47,083 nt of DNA from Patescibacteria group bacterium (GTDB lineage: Bacteria > Patescibacteriota > Gracilibacteria > JAHISY01), in the NCBI GenBank assembly GCA_043799575.1, contig JAZDNQ010000026.1, forward strand, positions 1 to 47,083, read 5' to 3'. Of the stretch, positions 23,681 through 31,932 are shown in pieces. The stretch's first letter is position 1. Each line of letters begins with the position of its first letter. Under the pieces are notes generated by a model that saw only the letters and a list, made by a program, of their open reading frames with translations, searched no databases and was not told the DNA's origin. The translations under genes and the position numbers were made by a program.

Positions 23681-26083
23681 ACGCTTTTCCAGCTTCGCAA
23701 TGTCGATCGTGGTTTTGAGCAGCGAATCAGGAGTCAGCGAAATCGAATCGATGCCTTCTTTCGCCAAAAACCTGGCAAAATCAGGAAAATCGCTCGGCGC
23801 TTGACCGCAAATTCCGATTTTACATTTGTTCTTTTTGGCAGTCTTGATGACCTGGGAAATCAGTTTTTTTACCGCGCCATTTCTTTCATCATAGATATGT
23901 GCGACGAGCTGGCTGTCGCGATCGACGCCCAAGGTTAGCTGCGTCAAATCATTTGACCCAATCGAAAAGCCGTCAAAAATTTTGCAAAACTCTTCTGCGA
24001 GAATTACATTCGAAGGAATCTCGCACATCACATAAATTTGCAAACCATTTCGACCGCGAACAAGACCGTGTTTTTTCATCTCCGCCTGAACCTTCTCGCC
24101 CTCCTCGACCGTCCGGCAAAACGGAATCATAATTTTCACATTTGTGAGTCCCATCTCGTCGCGGACTTTTTTCAAAGCCTGGCATTCCAAAGCAAAACCG
24201 TCTTTGTATTTCGGATCGTAATACCGACTCGCGCCGCGCCAGCCGATCATCGGATTTTCTTCATGCGGCTCGAATTCCCGACCGCCGATCAAATTCGCGT
24301 ACTCATTCGATTTGAAATCGGAAAGTCGGACGATCACATCTTTCGGATAAAACGCCGCGCCGATCATCGAAATACCCTGCGCAAGTTTTTCGACAAAATA
24401 ATCAGCCTTGTTTTTGTAGCCGAAAGTCAGCTCGGCGATTTGTTTTTTTGCGTCAGCATCTTTCAGTTTCTCGAAATTCAAAAGCGCGAGCGGATGAATT
24501 TTGATGTACGAATTGATCACGAATTCCTCTCGCGCTAGTCCGACTCCGTCATTGGGAATGAAACTAGCCGAGAAGGCCTGCTCCGGCGAGGCGAGATTCA
24601 TCATCATTTTGGTTTTGGGCCGCTTCAGGTTTTTGAGATTTACTTTTTTAACTTCAAAAGGCAGCTTCCCAGCATAAACTTTGCCGACTTCTCCATCCGC
24701 GCAAGAGACAGTGATGTCTTTACCTGTCTTGATCTTGCTTGTCGCGTCGCGCGTCCCGACGACGCAGGGAATGCCGAGTTCACGCGAAACAATCGCGGCA
24801 TGACAAGTTCGGCCGCCGCGATTCGTCACGATTGCGCTCGCGATTTTCATGATCGGCTCCCAGTCTGGATCGGTGATGTCGGTCACCAAAACCTCGCCCT
24901 TTTTGAACTGCCCGATTTCATGGGCGCTCTTGATGATCTTAGCTTTGCCCGCGCCAATTTTTTCTCCGACCGGTGCACCCTCGACAATTACGGCACCCGT
25001 TTTTTTCAACTCATAAGTTTCCAGGACGGACAAATCGCGACGTGACTGCACCGTTTCCGGTCGCGCTTGGACGATGAAAAGTTGTCCCGTCTGGCCGTCC
25101 TTCGCCCACTCCATGTCCATCGGTTTGAAGTGCCCGGCTTTCGCCGAATAATGATCTTCGATGATGCAGGCCCAGCGCGCGAGCTGCAAAACTTCCTCAT
25201 CCTTCAAAACCAATTTTTTGCGCTCTGCGTCCGGAGTTTTGATATTCACAGTCGGTTTATTGCCGTCAGTCGCATAAACCATCTTAATCGTTTTGCTGCC
25301 AACTTTTTTCGACAAAATCGGGCGCTTCCCCTTTTTCAGCGTCGGCTTAAAAACAAAAAACTCATCCGGTGTGACTGCGCCTTGCACGACATTCTCACCC
25401 AAACCCCACGAACCGTTGATTAACACTGACTCGCGAAAACCACTCTCCGTGTCGATCGAAAACATCACGCCGCTGCAGGCAAGATCCGAACGGACCATTT
25501 TTTGCACCGCGATCGACAGCCCGATCGAAAAATGATCAAAATGTTTGTCTTCGCGATAGCTGATCGCGCGATTCGTGAAAAGCGAAGCGAAACATTTTTG
25601 ACAAGCTGCGATCAGCTGAGTCGGACCGGAAATATTCAAATAAGTTTCTTGCTGTCCGGCGAAGCTCGCGTCCGGCAAATCCTCAGCCGTTGCGCTGCTG
25701 CGCACCGCGACATCGACATTGCGAGAGCCGTATTTTTTGGAAAGTTTTGCGTACGCGATTTTAATCTCCTCGGCGAGATCGGCCGGAAAAGGCGTCGCCA
25801 AAATAATTTCCCGGACTTTCGCACCGCGCCGCGCGAGATCAGCGACATCCCGCGTGTCGAGACCAGTTAGTGCCTTTTTAATTGCGTTCTTCACGCCGCC
25901 TTTTTCAAGCAAATAATGGTAAGCGTGCGCCGTGATCGCGAATCCGTTCGGAACGCGCACACCTTTTTTCGCGAGCGTGCGATACATTTCGCCGAGCGAA
26001 GCATTTTTGCCGCCCACGCTCGGAACATCCTCGATACCGATTTGATCGAACCAGAGAATGAAAGGTTTTGTTTTTGTTTGCAT
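23666..26083 (-). CDS. ppsA: Phosphoenolpyruvate synthase (pyruvate, water dikinase)
   Basis: N-terminus contains VGGKNASLGEMY, the phosphohistidine motif is GGRTCHAAIVSRELGIPCVVG, and a C-terminal PEP-utilising TIM domain is present. Length is 805 aa. Confidence 0.93.
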   Translation of the reverse strand: MQTKTKPFILWFDQIGIEDVPSVGGKNASLGEMYRTLAKKGVRVPNGFAITAHAYHYLLEKGGVKNAIKKALTGLDTRDVADLARRGAKVREIILATPFPADLAEEIKIAYAKLSKKYGSRNVDVAVRSSATAEDLPDASFAGQQETYLNISGPTQLIAACQKCFASLFTNRAISYREDKHFDHFSIGLSIAVQKMVRSDLACSGVMFSIDTESGFRESVLINGSWGLGENVVQGAVTPDEFFVFKPTLKKGKRPILSKKVGSKTIKMVYATDGNKPTVNIKTPDAERKKLVLKDEEVLQLARWACIIEDHYSAKAGHFKPMDMEWAKDGQTGQLFIVQARPETVQSRRDLSVLETYELKKTGAVIVEGAPVGEKIGAGKAKIIKSAHEIGQFKKGEVLVTDITDPDWEPIMKIASAIVTNRGGRTCHAAIVSRELGIPCVVGTRDATSKIKTGKDITVSCADGEVGKVYAGKLPFEVKKVNLKNLKRPKTKMMMNLASPEQAFSASFIPNDGVGLAREEFVINSYIKIHPLALLNFEKLKDADAKKQIAELTFGYKNKADYFVEKLAQGISMIGAAFYPKDVIVRLSDFKSNEYANLIGGREFEPHEENPMIGWRGASRYYDPKYKDGFALECQALKKVRDEMGLTNVKIMIPFCRTVEEGEKVQAEMKKHGLVRGRNGLQIYVMCEIPSNVILAEEFCKIFDGFSIGSNDLTQLTLGVDRDSQLVAHIYDERNGAVKKLISQVIKTAKKNKCKIGICGQAPSDFPDFARFLAKEGIDSISLTPDSLLKTTIDIAKLEKRLAKN

Positions 26084-26091
26084 AAAATAAA

Positions 26092-26874
26092 TTAATTTTT
26101 AAATTTAACCTTGGCGCGCTCGGCCAACCAGCCATCGTAGCTGGCTTTCAAAATATGACTGATTTCTTTCAGGTTATCAGTGAAGTGCACCAGAATCAGA
26201 TCGTCTTTGCTAATCAAAGTTGTGCGACCCATCTTCAGTTGTTTGTGGTACATGATGCCGTTTTCGTAATTGAAAATCGGTTTCCAAAAAGGATGCGCCA
26301 AAATCGGAAAAGTCGGTTCGAGTTTCTTCAGCTGCTTCAGCTGCATAAACATCGCGGCTTCGAGGTCGGTGCCTAGCCCGCCCGGCGCGAGGTAAATCGC
26401 ATTCGACGAGCGAATAAAGCTTTCGAGACGGGTCGAAAAATTTTCAAAACGTCGCGTCACATCGAGACAATTGTTGCGGCCTTCTTCATGCCCCAGATCG
26501 ACCATAATTCCAAAATTTTTCGCGCGCGAGTTTTTCTTTTTCGCGCGCGAGTTTTTCAATCCCAAATTTGCGGCCAACATTAGCCCGCCGCCGCCGCCCG
26601 TCACTATATCCGCGTCAATCTTTGTCCCGATTTTTTCCGCCAAATTGCGCACAAAATTAAAAGTATCCGAGCCCGGATCAATGCGCGAACTACCGAAAAT
26701 AGTGACTCGATAATTGTCGAGGTAAGAAGGCAAAAAAGTTTCACGCAAAAGCTGCTCGTAGTTTTGTCGCGCCTTTTCGAGCTTCACCTCCGCAGCCTTG
26801 GCCTTTTTAAGATCAATAACTAGCTCAGTCGCCTTATAAAGTTTTTCTAATTCGGTGACACGGTAAGAGCTCAT
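26092..26874 (-). CDS. LOG-family (TIGR00730-type) nucleotide-binding protein with an N-terminal coiled-coil extension
   Basis: GGGGGLMLAANLG and PGGLGTDLE (PGGxGTxxE) motifs are present. About 50 N-terminal residues are helical and charged. Confidence 0.7.
   Translation of the reverse strand: MSSYRVTELEKLYKATELVIDLKKAKAAEVKLEKARQNYEQLLRETFLPSYLDNYRVTIFGSSRIDPGSDTFNFVRNLAEKIGTKIDADIVTGGGGGLMLAANLGLKNSRAKKKNSRAKNFGIMVDLGHEEGRNNCLDVTRRFENFSTRLESFIRSSNAIYLAPGGLGTDLEAAMFMQLKQLKKLEPTFPILAHPFWKPIFNYENGIMYHKQLKMGRTTLISKDDLILVHFTDNLKEISHILKASYDGWLAERAKVKFKN
26516..26557. repeat. Tandem 21-nt duplication inside the LOG-family CDS
   Basis: TTTTTCGCGCGCGAGTTTTTC occurs twice, in frame, giving KNSRAKK-KNSRAKN in the protein. 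Confidence 0.85.
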
Positions 26875-26939
26875 GTGTGTTGGTTTAGTTGCCGTTATTT
26901 TAACATTTTTTTATAAAAAAAGCAATAAAACCAATCAAC

Positions 26940-28625
26940 TCAGAAAAGACTTAATGCGCTTTCCAAGCCCTCGTCGACAGGAGTGTCCGGATTGTCCACA
27001 CCCGGGAAATCAGGCTTGACTCCGTTGCCCTGGATTTGCTGTCGCTTCGGCGAAAGCCAGTGCGCAACAGTCAGCTTCAGCGCCGTCCCGTCTTGGAAGA
27101 AATTAATTTCTTGGACAGTGCCTTTACCAAAAGTCTGCTCGCCGACCACGCTCGCCGCGCCGGTATCTTGCAGCGCCGCCGCCACAATTTCGCTAGCCGA
27201 CGCGCTGCCTTTATTTACCAAAACCACAGTTCGGATTCCGCTCAGGCTTGGGTCGCGCAAAGTTTTGTAATCGGTGCTGCTGCCGTCACGGAATTCCTGC
27301 GTAGCGACGACGGTTCCTTTCGGCAAAAAGTAGCCGAGCAGATCGACCGCGGCATTGACCAGTCCACCTCCATCATTCCGTAGGTCAATGATAATCCCGC
27401 GCGGGCGCTGTTCAGTGATCTGCGCTGCGATTTTGGCAAAATCAGTCGGCAGCGAAGCCGTGAACTGATTGATATCCACGATCGCGATTTGGTTTTTGAA
27501 GGCCACCGAAGTGATATCGAGTTTGATTTTTTCGCGCCGAATCTCAACCTCGAATTCATTTCCGTTGCGCAAAATTTTGTACCGGGCGGTCGTCCCGTTC
27601 GGTCCGCGCGTCAAATTCGCTGCATCTTCCAAAGGCAGTCCGGCCAAAGGTTGGCCGTCCACGGCGGTGATGATGTCGCCTGGCAAGAGTCCGGCTTTTT
27701 CCGCAGGAGAATTGTAAATCGGAGCGACAATCACAAGACCGCGACCCTGCTCGTCTTTTTCAATGTAAACTCCGATACCCTCAACCTCCCCAGACAAATT
27801 GCCAGTCTGAAGCTGAGTTTGTTCGGGAGTATAAAACTCCGAATACGGATCACCCAAAGATTCAATCATCCCCTGAATCGCGGAATGCAACATTTTGGTT
27901 TGGTTAAGCTTGTCTTGAAAAAGAAATTTGCTTGTGGTCTCGTCCCACACCGTCTCGAAAAGCGGCCAGCCCGGGATGTTCGAAAGTCCATTTTGAATAA
28001 TGATTGTGCCGCCGCCTTCTTCTGATGAAAAATTCGCGAGATTGTAAAAAAGATTCGCTGCTTCGCCCCGACTGAAACGCTGCGTCGTCCCGAATTCGTC
28101 ATCAGCGATAGGGTTGATCACACCCATTTTCACCGCGCGAAAAATAAAACGTGCGAGCCGGTAGCTTTTGTTGACATCCCGGAAACTAAAATCCTCGTCG
28201 GATAAAGTCGGCGGGACGGCGATGCCAAAAATTTTCAAACTCAGCGCAGTCGCTTCGGCACGATTGATTGGCCGATTTGGTAGCAAATTATCCCCACGCG
28301 AATCATTCAAAATACCGCGTGCGTCGGCCTCGGCGATCGCTGGGGCAAACCACGCAGCAGCAGGAACATCTTTGAAGCGAGTGGTAGCGTTGCTGGGCAA
28401 ATCTTTGATCCCGGCAGCGGCTAGACCCATCGAAACAAATTCAGCCAAGGTAATCGGCCTTTTGGGATAAAAATTGTCGCTGGTCTGTCCGACACCCTTG
28501 CTTTGCAAAAACTCGATCACTTCAGGGATAAGTTCGTTTTTCGCATCGTCGAAGCTCGCCAAAGTCGGATTCGCGACCACGACGAAAATTACAAAACTAA
28601 ACAAAATTTTGCGCCAAAATTGCAT
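26940..28625 (-). CDS. S41 carboxy-terminal processing peptidase with N-terminal SLH-like repeats and a PDZ domain
   Basis: The signal/TM segment is FWRKILFSFVIFVVVANPTLA. SLH-like strings are FKDVPAAAWFAPAIAEA..LLPNRPINRAEATALSLKI. The PDZ part is GLLPGDIITAVDG, and the S41 core motifs are LRNDGGGLV and NKGSASASEIVAAALQD. Confidence 0.82.
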   Translation of the reverse strand: MQFWRKILFSFVIFVVVANPTLASFDDAKNELIPEVIEFLQSKGVGQTSDNFYPKRPITLAEFVSMGLAAAGIKDLPSNATTRFKDVPAAAWFAPAIAEADARGILNDSRGDNLLPNRPINRAEATALSLKIFGIAVPPTLSDEDFSFRDVNKSYRLARFIFRAVKMGVINPIADDEFGTTQRFSRGEAANLFYNLANFSSEEGGGTIIIQNGLSNIPGWPLFETVWDETTSKFLFQDKLNQTKMLHSAIQGMIESLGDPYSEFYTPEQTQLQTGNLSGEVEGIGVYIEKDEQGRGLVIVAPIYNSPAEKAGLLPGDIITAVDGQPLAGLPLEDAANLTRGPNGTTARYKILRNGNEFEVEIRREKIKLDITSVAFKNQIAIVDINQFTASLPTDFAKIAAQITEQRPRGIIIDLRNDGGGLVNAAVDLLGYFLPKGTVVATQEFRDGSSTDYKTLRDPSLSGIRTVVLVNKGSASASEIVAAALQDTGAASVVGEQTFGKGTVQEINFFQDGTALKLTVAHWLSPKRQQIQGNGVKPDFPGVDNPDTPVDEGLESALSLF

Positions 28626-28670
28626 TGTGAAAAGTTAAAAAAGCTGAGGCAGTTTAGTCTTTCCCAAAAA

Positions 28671-29552
28671 TTAAGCCAAACCGAGTTTTTGCAGCTCAGC
28701 CTTGATTTTTGCCTTGTTCTCCTCACTCGGCTGAGTCAAAGGCAAGCGCACGGCGTAGTCAATTTTGCCCATCTCGGCGAGTACCCATTTCACATCGATT
28801 GGATTATTGTCCGCGAAATTCAAATTCATCAGTTCGGCAAATTTGGCATTAATTTTTTCGGCTTCCGCGAAATTCCCCGCGAGCGCGAAATCAACCATTT
28901 TTTTCATTTCAGCCGGGACTTCATTCACGATCACGCCGATCAAGCCGACGCCACCCATTTTCATAATTTCCAAAGTCTGTGCGTCTTCACCCGAAATCAC
29001 AGCGAAATCTTGCGGTTTTTTCGCACAAATTTCTTTGATTTGCTCGAGGTTTCCGCTTGCTTCTTTGATCCCGACGAGGTTCGGATTTTTCGCCAATTCC
29101 AAAGTCGTGGCCGCCTCGACATTGCGGCTCGTCCGACCCGGGACATTGTAAAGAATCGTCGGCAGCCCGACTTCCGCGATTTTCGAATAATGCGCGACGA
29201 TCCCGTCTTGCGTCGGTTTATTGTAATACGGTGAAATCGCGAGTCCGAAGTCCGCGCCGTGTTCTTTCGCAAATTCAGTCAAGCTCACCGCTTCCCGTGT
29301 CGCATTCGAGCCAGTCCCGGCGATGACCGGGACACGGCCTTTCACTTCGTCGATCACGATTTCAAGCACGCGACGATGCTCGGTTTTCGAAAGTGTCGCT
29401 GATTCGCCGGTCGTCCCGACTGCGACGATGCCGTCCGTTCCCGACTCGATTTGGAAGTTCACTAACTCCCGCAACTTCGGCTCGTCGATCTCCAAATTGT
29501 CCGGCCGGAACGGCGTGATCAAAGCGACAAAACTACCTTTTAACTCAGCCAT
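28671..29552 (-). CDS. dapA: 4-hydroxy-tetrahydrodipicolinate synthase
   Basis: FVALITPF, VAVGTTGESATLS and the YNVPGRT region are present. Length is 293 aa. Confidence 0.9.
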   Translation of the reverse strand: MAELKGSFVALITPFRPDNLEIDEPKLRELVNFQIESGTDGIVAVGTTGESATLSKTEHRRVLEIVIDEVKGRVPVIAGTGSNATREAVSLTEFAKEHGADFGLAISPYYNKPTQDGIVAHYSKIAEVGLPTILYNVPGRTSRNVEAATTLELAKNPNLVGIKEASGNLEQIKEICAKKPQDFAVISGEDAQTLEIMKMGGVGLIGVIVNEVPAEMKKMVDFALAGNFAEAEKINAKFAELMNLNFADNNPIDVKWVLAEMGKIDYAVRLPLTQPSEENKAKIKAELQKLGLA

Positions 29553-29558
29553 AAAAAA

Positions 29559-29948
29559 TTATTGATTAGTTTCAGTCTGACCTTCGGTGGCATTCGCCGC
29601 CGCCAAAGCTTGTTGGGCTTCTGCGAGCGAAGCTTGCAGACCAGCAACAGTTTGTTGCAGCTCGGCGTTTTTCGCACCCTCGTCTTCTTTGCCTAGTAAT
29701 TTATTCGCAGCCTCGATCGCGGCATTGATCTGCGCGATCGTATCTTCGAGCTGTTTTTTCTTTTCAACCAAAGTCGCGTACGCATCTTGAGTTTTGTTGA
29801 CCACATTTTCGATTCCAGCTTTGACTTCGGCGACTTTCGTGACGACACTGGCCTGCAAATTTTGCGCGTCTTCGACGGCCGAATTGATCGTTTCGCAGCC
29901 AGCCAAAATTATTCCGGCGAGCAAAAGTGTGAACAATTTTCTAGTCAT
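29559..29948 (-). CDS. Coiled-coil lipoprotein (129 aa), function unknown
   Basis: The lipobox is LLLAGIILAGC. The remainder is Ala/Gln/Glu-rich heptad-like sequence. Confidence 0.6.
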   Translation of the reverse strand: MTRKLFTLLLAGIILAGCETINSAVEDAQNLQASVVTKVAEVKAGIENVVNKTQDAYATLVEKKKQLEDTIAQINAAIEAANKLLGKEDEGAKNAELQQTVAGLQASLAEAQQALAAANATEGQTETNQ

Positions 29949-30017
29949 AGGAACATTTTAAGTGAGTTGTCGCTCCACCGCAAAAACTTTAAAATCAGGC
30001 TGAACTAAAATTTTGCA

Positions 30018-31118
30018 ATGCTTCTGACTTGTGAACAAAAAGATCTGCTCGCGGCACTTTCGACTGTTTCGAAAGCGGTGAACTTGAATTCGACTTTGCC
30101 GGTTCTCAACAACATTCTTCTCAAGGCGGAGAACAAAAAGCTGTCGTTCGCCGCGACGAATCTCGAAATCGCGATCACGACCTCGATCAAAGCTGAGATT
30201 AAAAACGAAGGCGCGCTCACGATTCCCGCGCGACTTTTCACCAATTACGTCGGTTTGCTTTCGGCGGGAAAAGTCGAGCTCAAAAATTCGGAAGGTCTCG
30301 ATCTCCAAATTTCCGCGGCGAAATCCAAGACTAGAATCAAAGGCATTTCCGCTGATGAGTTCCCGCTGATTCCGCAGGTCAAAAAAGAAGTTTCGCTCAC
30401 GCTTGCCGCGGGCGAGCTGCTTGATGCGATCAATCAAGTCGCGTTTTCCGCGGCGCGCGACATGGTCCGCCCCGTGCTCGCCGGCGTCCATCTCCGTGCG
30501 ACGAAAAAAGAAATTCGGCTCGCGGCGACCGATTCGTACCGTCTGTCAGAAAAAATTCTCAAACCGCTCACCCCGCCTGAAAAAGACATTTCACTGATTG
30601 TTCCGACGCGGACAGTTCAAGAGCTCGCGCGCATTCTCGAGAAAGGCAAAGAAACTGTTTCGCTCGATATTTCCGCGAATCAAGTTTTGTTCCTTTATAA
30701 AAATGTTGAATTGGCGAGTCGTTTGATTGAAGGCAGCTATCCGGACTACGAGCAAATCATTCCCAAAAAGCATTTGACCACGATTTCCCTCAAAACTGAG
30801 GAGATCGCGAACGCAGTCAAGCGGGTCAATCTTTTTGCCCACGATTCGCACTCAGTGAAGCTCGAGGTTTCCGCTGACAAAAAATTGCGCGTTTTGTCCG
30901 ACGCGACGCAGATTGGCGAAGAAGAAGCCGAAGTCGGTGCGACGATCGCGGGCGCAGCGAATGCGGTCGCTTTGAACGCAAACTACTTATTGGAGGCACT
31001 CTCGGCGATTGGCGCGACCGATATCGAGCTAGAACTCGGCGAAAAAATGGTCCCGGCCGTGATTCGTCCGGCGAAAGACAAAGATTATTTGCACTTGATT
31101 ATGCCCCTGAAAATTTAG
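30018..31118 (+). CDS. dnaN: DNA polymerase III beta sliding clamp
   Basis: The 366-aa protein starts with the typical N-terminus (CEQKDLLAALSTVSKAVN..STLPVLNNILLKA), shows a three-domain repeat pattern and ends ...MPLKI. Confidence 0.9.
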   Translation: MLLTCEQKDLLAALSTVSKAVNLNSTLPVLNNILLKAENKKLSFAATNLEIAITTSIKAEIKNEGALTIPARLFTNYVGLLSAGKVELKNSEGLDLQISAAKSKTRIKGISADEFPLIPQVKKEVSLTLAAGELLDAINQVAFSAARDMVRPVLAGVHLRATKKEIRLAATDSYRLSEKILKPLTPPEKDISLIVPTRTVQELARILEKGKETVSLDISANQVLFLYKNVELASRLIEGSYPDYEQIIPKKHLTTISLKTEEIANAVKRVNLFAHDSHSVKLEVSADKKLRVLSDATQIGEEEAEVGATIAGAANAVALNANYLLEALSAIGATDIELELGEKMVPAVIRPAKDKDYLHLIMPLKI

Positions 31119-31151
31119 TTCAAAATGATCAAGTTGTTCGAATTGTTCTAA

Positions 31152-31511
31152 ATGAAATTTGGATTTGAAAATCTCGAAGTTTGGCAATTAGCGCTCGACT
31201 TTATCCAAATCACAAAAACAATCACAAAAAATTTTCCTCTCGACGAAAAATTTGTCTTGAGCCCACAAACGAATCGCGCCGCGCTTTCAGTCGCCTTGAA
31301 TCTGGCTGAAGGTAGCGGACGCAAAACCAAAAAAGATTTTGCCAATTTCGTGAGGATGAGTTTGGGGTCGTTGCTGGAAGTTGTCGCTGCCGAGAGAGTG
31401 GCACTGGCGCAAGGTTATAAAATTACCGACGAGCAAAAGAAAAAATTTGAAGAAAAAAGCCAAGAGCTTTATTTCAAACTCATCGCACTCGAAAAATATT
31501 TGCGCAAATAA
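31152..31511 (+). CDS. Four-helix-bundle protein (23S rRNA intervening-sequence protein / Avd-like family)
   Basis: FENLEVWQLALDF...RAALSVALNLAEGSGRKTKKDFANFVRMSLGSLLEV matches the characteristic family strings. Length is 119 aa. Confidence 0.8.
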   Translation: MKFGFENLEVWQLALDFIQITKTITKNFPLDEKFVLSPQTNRAALSVALNLAEGSGRKTKKDFANFVRMSLGSLLEVVAAERVALAQGYKITDEQKKKFEEKSQELYFKLIALEKYLRK

Positions 31512-31533
31512 CACTTCTAACAATTCCAACATT

Positions 31534-31932
31534 TTGAACAAATCGAACACAAATCAGCCGCTTTATTTCAAAATTGTGCTCGGCGCGAGTTTCGCAGTCA
31601 CGATTTTCATGCTTTTCGCACTAGCTCGTTCGACCTATCGCGATCTTTTTCAGGTCGGGACTTACATCACGACTTCGTCCGCATCGATCGAAGAACAAAA
31701 AAACGAACTGGCTGGGAAGGCGGACGAACTGGCTTACGCCGAGTCGGCGCGCTACCGCGAAAAAGTCGCGAAAGAATTGCTCGGGCAAAAAGAACCCGGC
31801 GAAGACGTCATTATTATCACCAATCAAACCCAAAATTTCGACGACTTTTTACCCAACAAATTACAGTCCGAGAAAAATCTTGAATTACTCACTCCGCCCG
31901 AAAAATGGCTGCGTTATCTTTTTGGTATTTGA
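31534..31932 (+). CDS. Septum formation initiator-like protein (FtsB/DivIC family)
   Basis: It has a single N-terminal TM helix (YFKIVLGASFAVTIFMLFALA), a coiled coil, and then ESARYREKVAKELLGQKEPGEDVIII. The start is uncertain: TTG 31534 preserves the TM helix, whereas ATG 31609 would truncate it. Confidence 0.55.
   Translation: MNKSNTNQPLYFKIVLGASFAVTIFMLFALARSTYRDLFQVGTYITTSSASIEEQKNELAGKADELAYAESARYREKVAKELLGQKEPGEDVIIITNQTQNFDDFLPNKLQSEKNLELLTPPEKWLRYLFGI

Noticed and set aside
28503-29234. A 243-aa plus-strand ORF overlapping the S41 protease start and most of dapA.
   Set aside because: It is antisense to dapA, which carries clear family motifs, and has no motif of its own.
29949-30017. 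Replication origin immediately upstream of dnaN.
   Set aside because: The 70-bp spacer has no TTATCCACA-like box and no marked AT-rich unwinding tract, and dnaA is absent from the neighbourhood.
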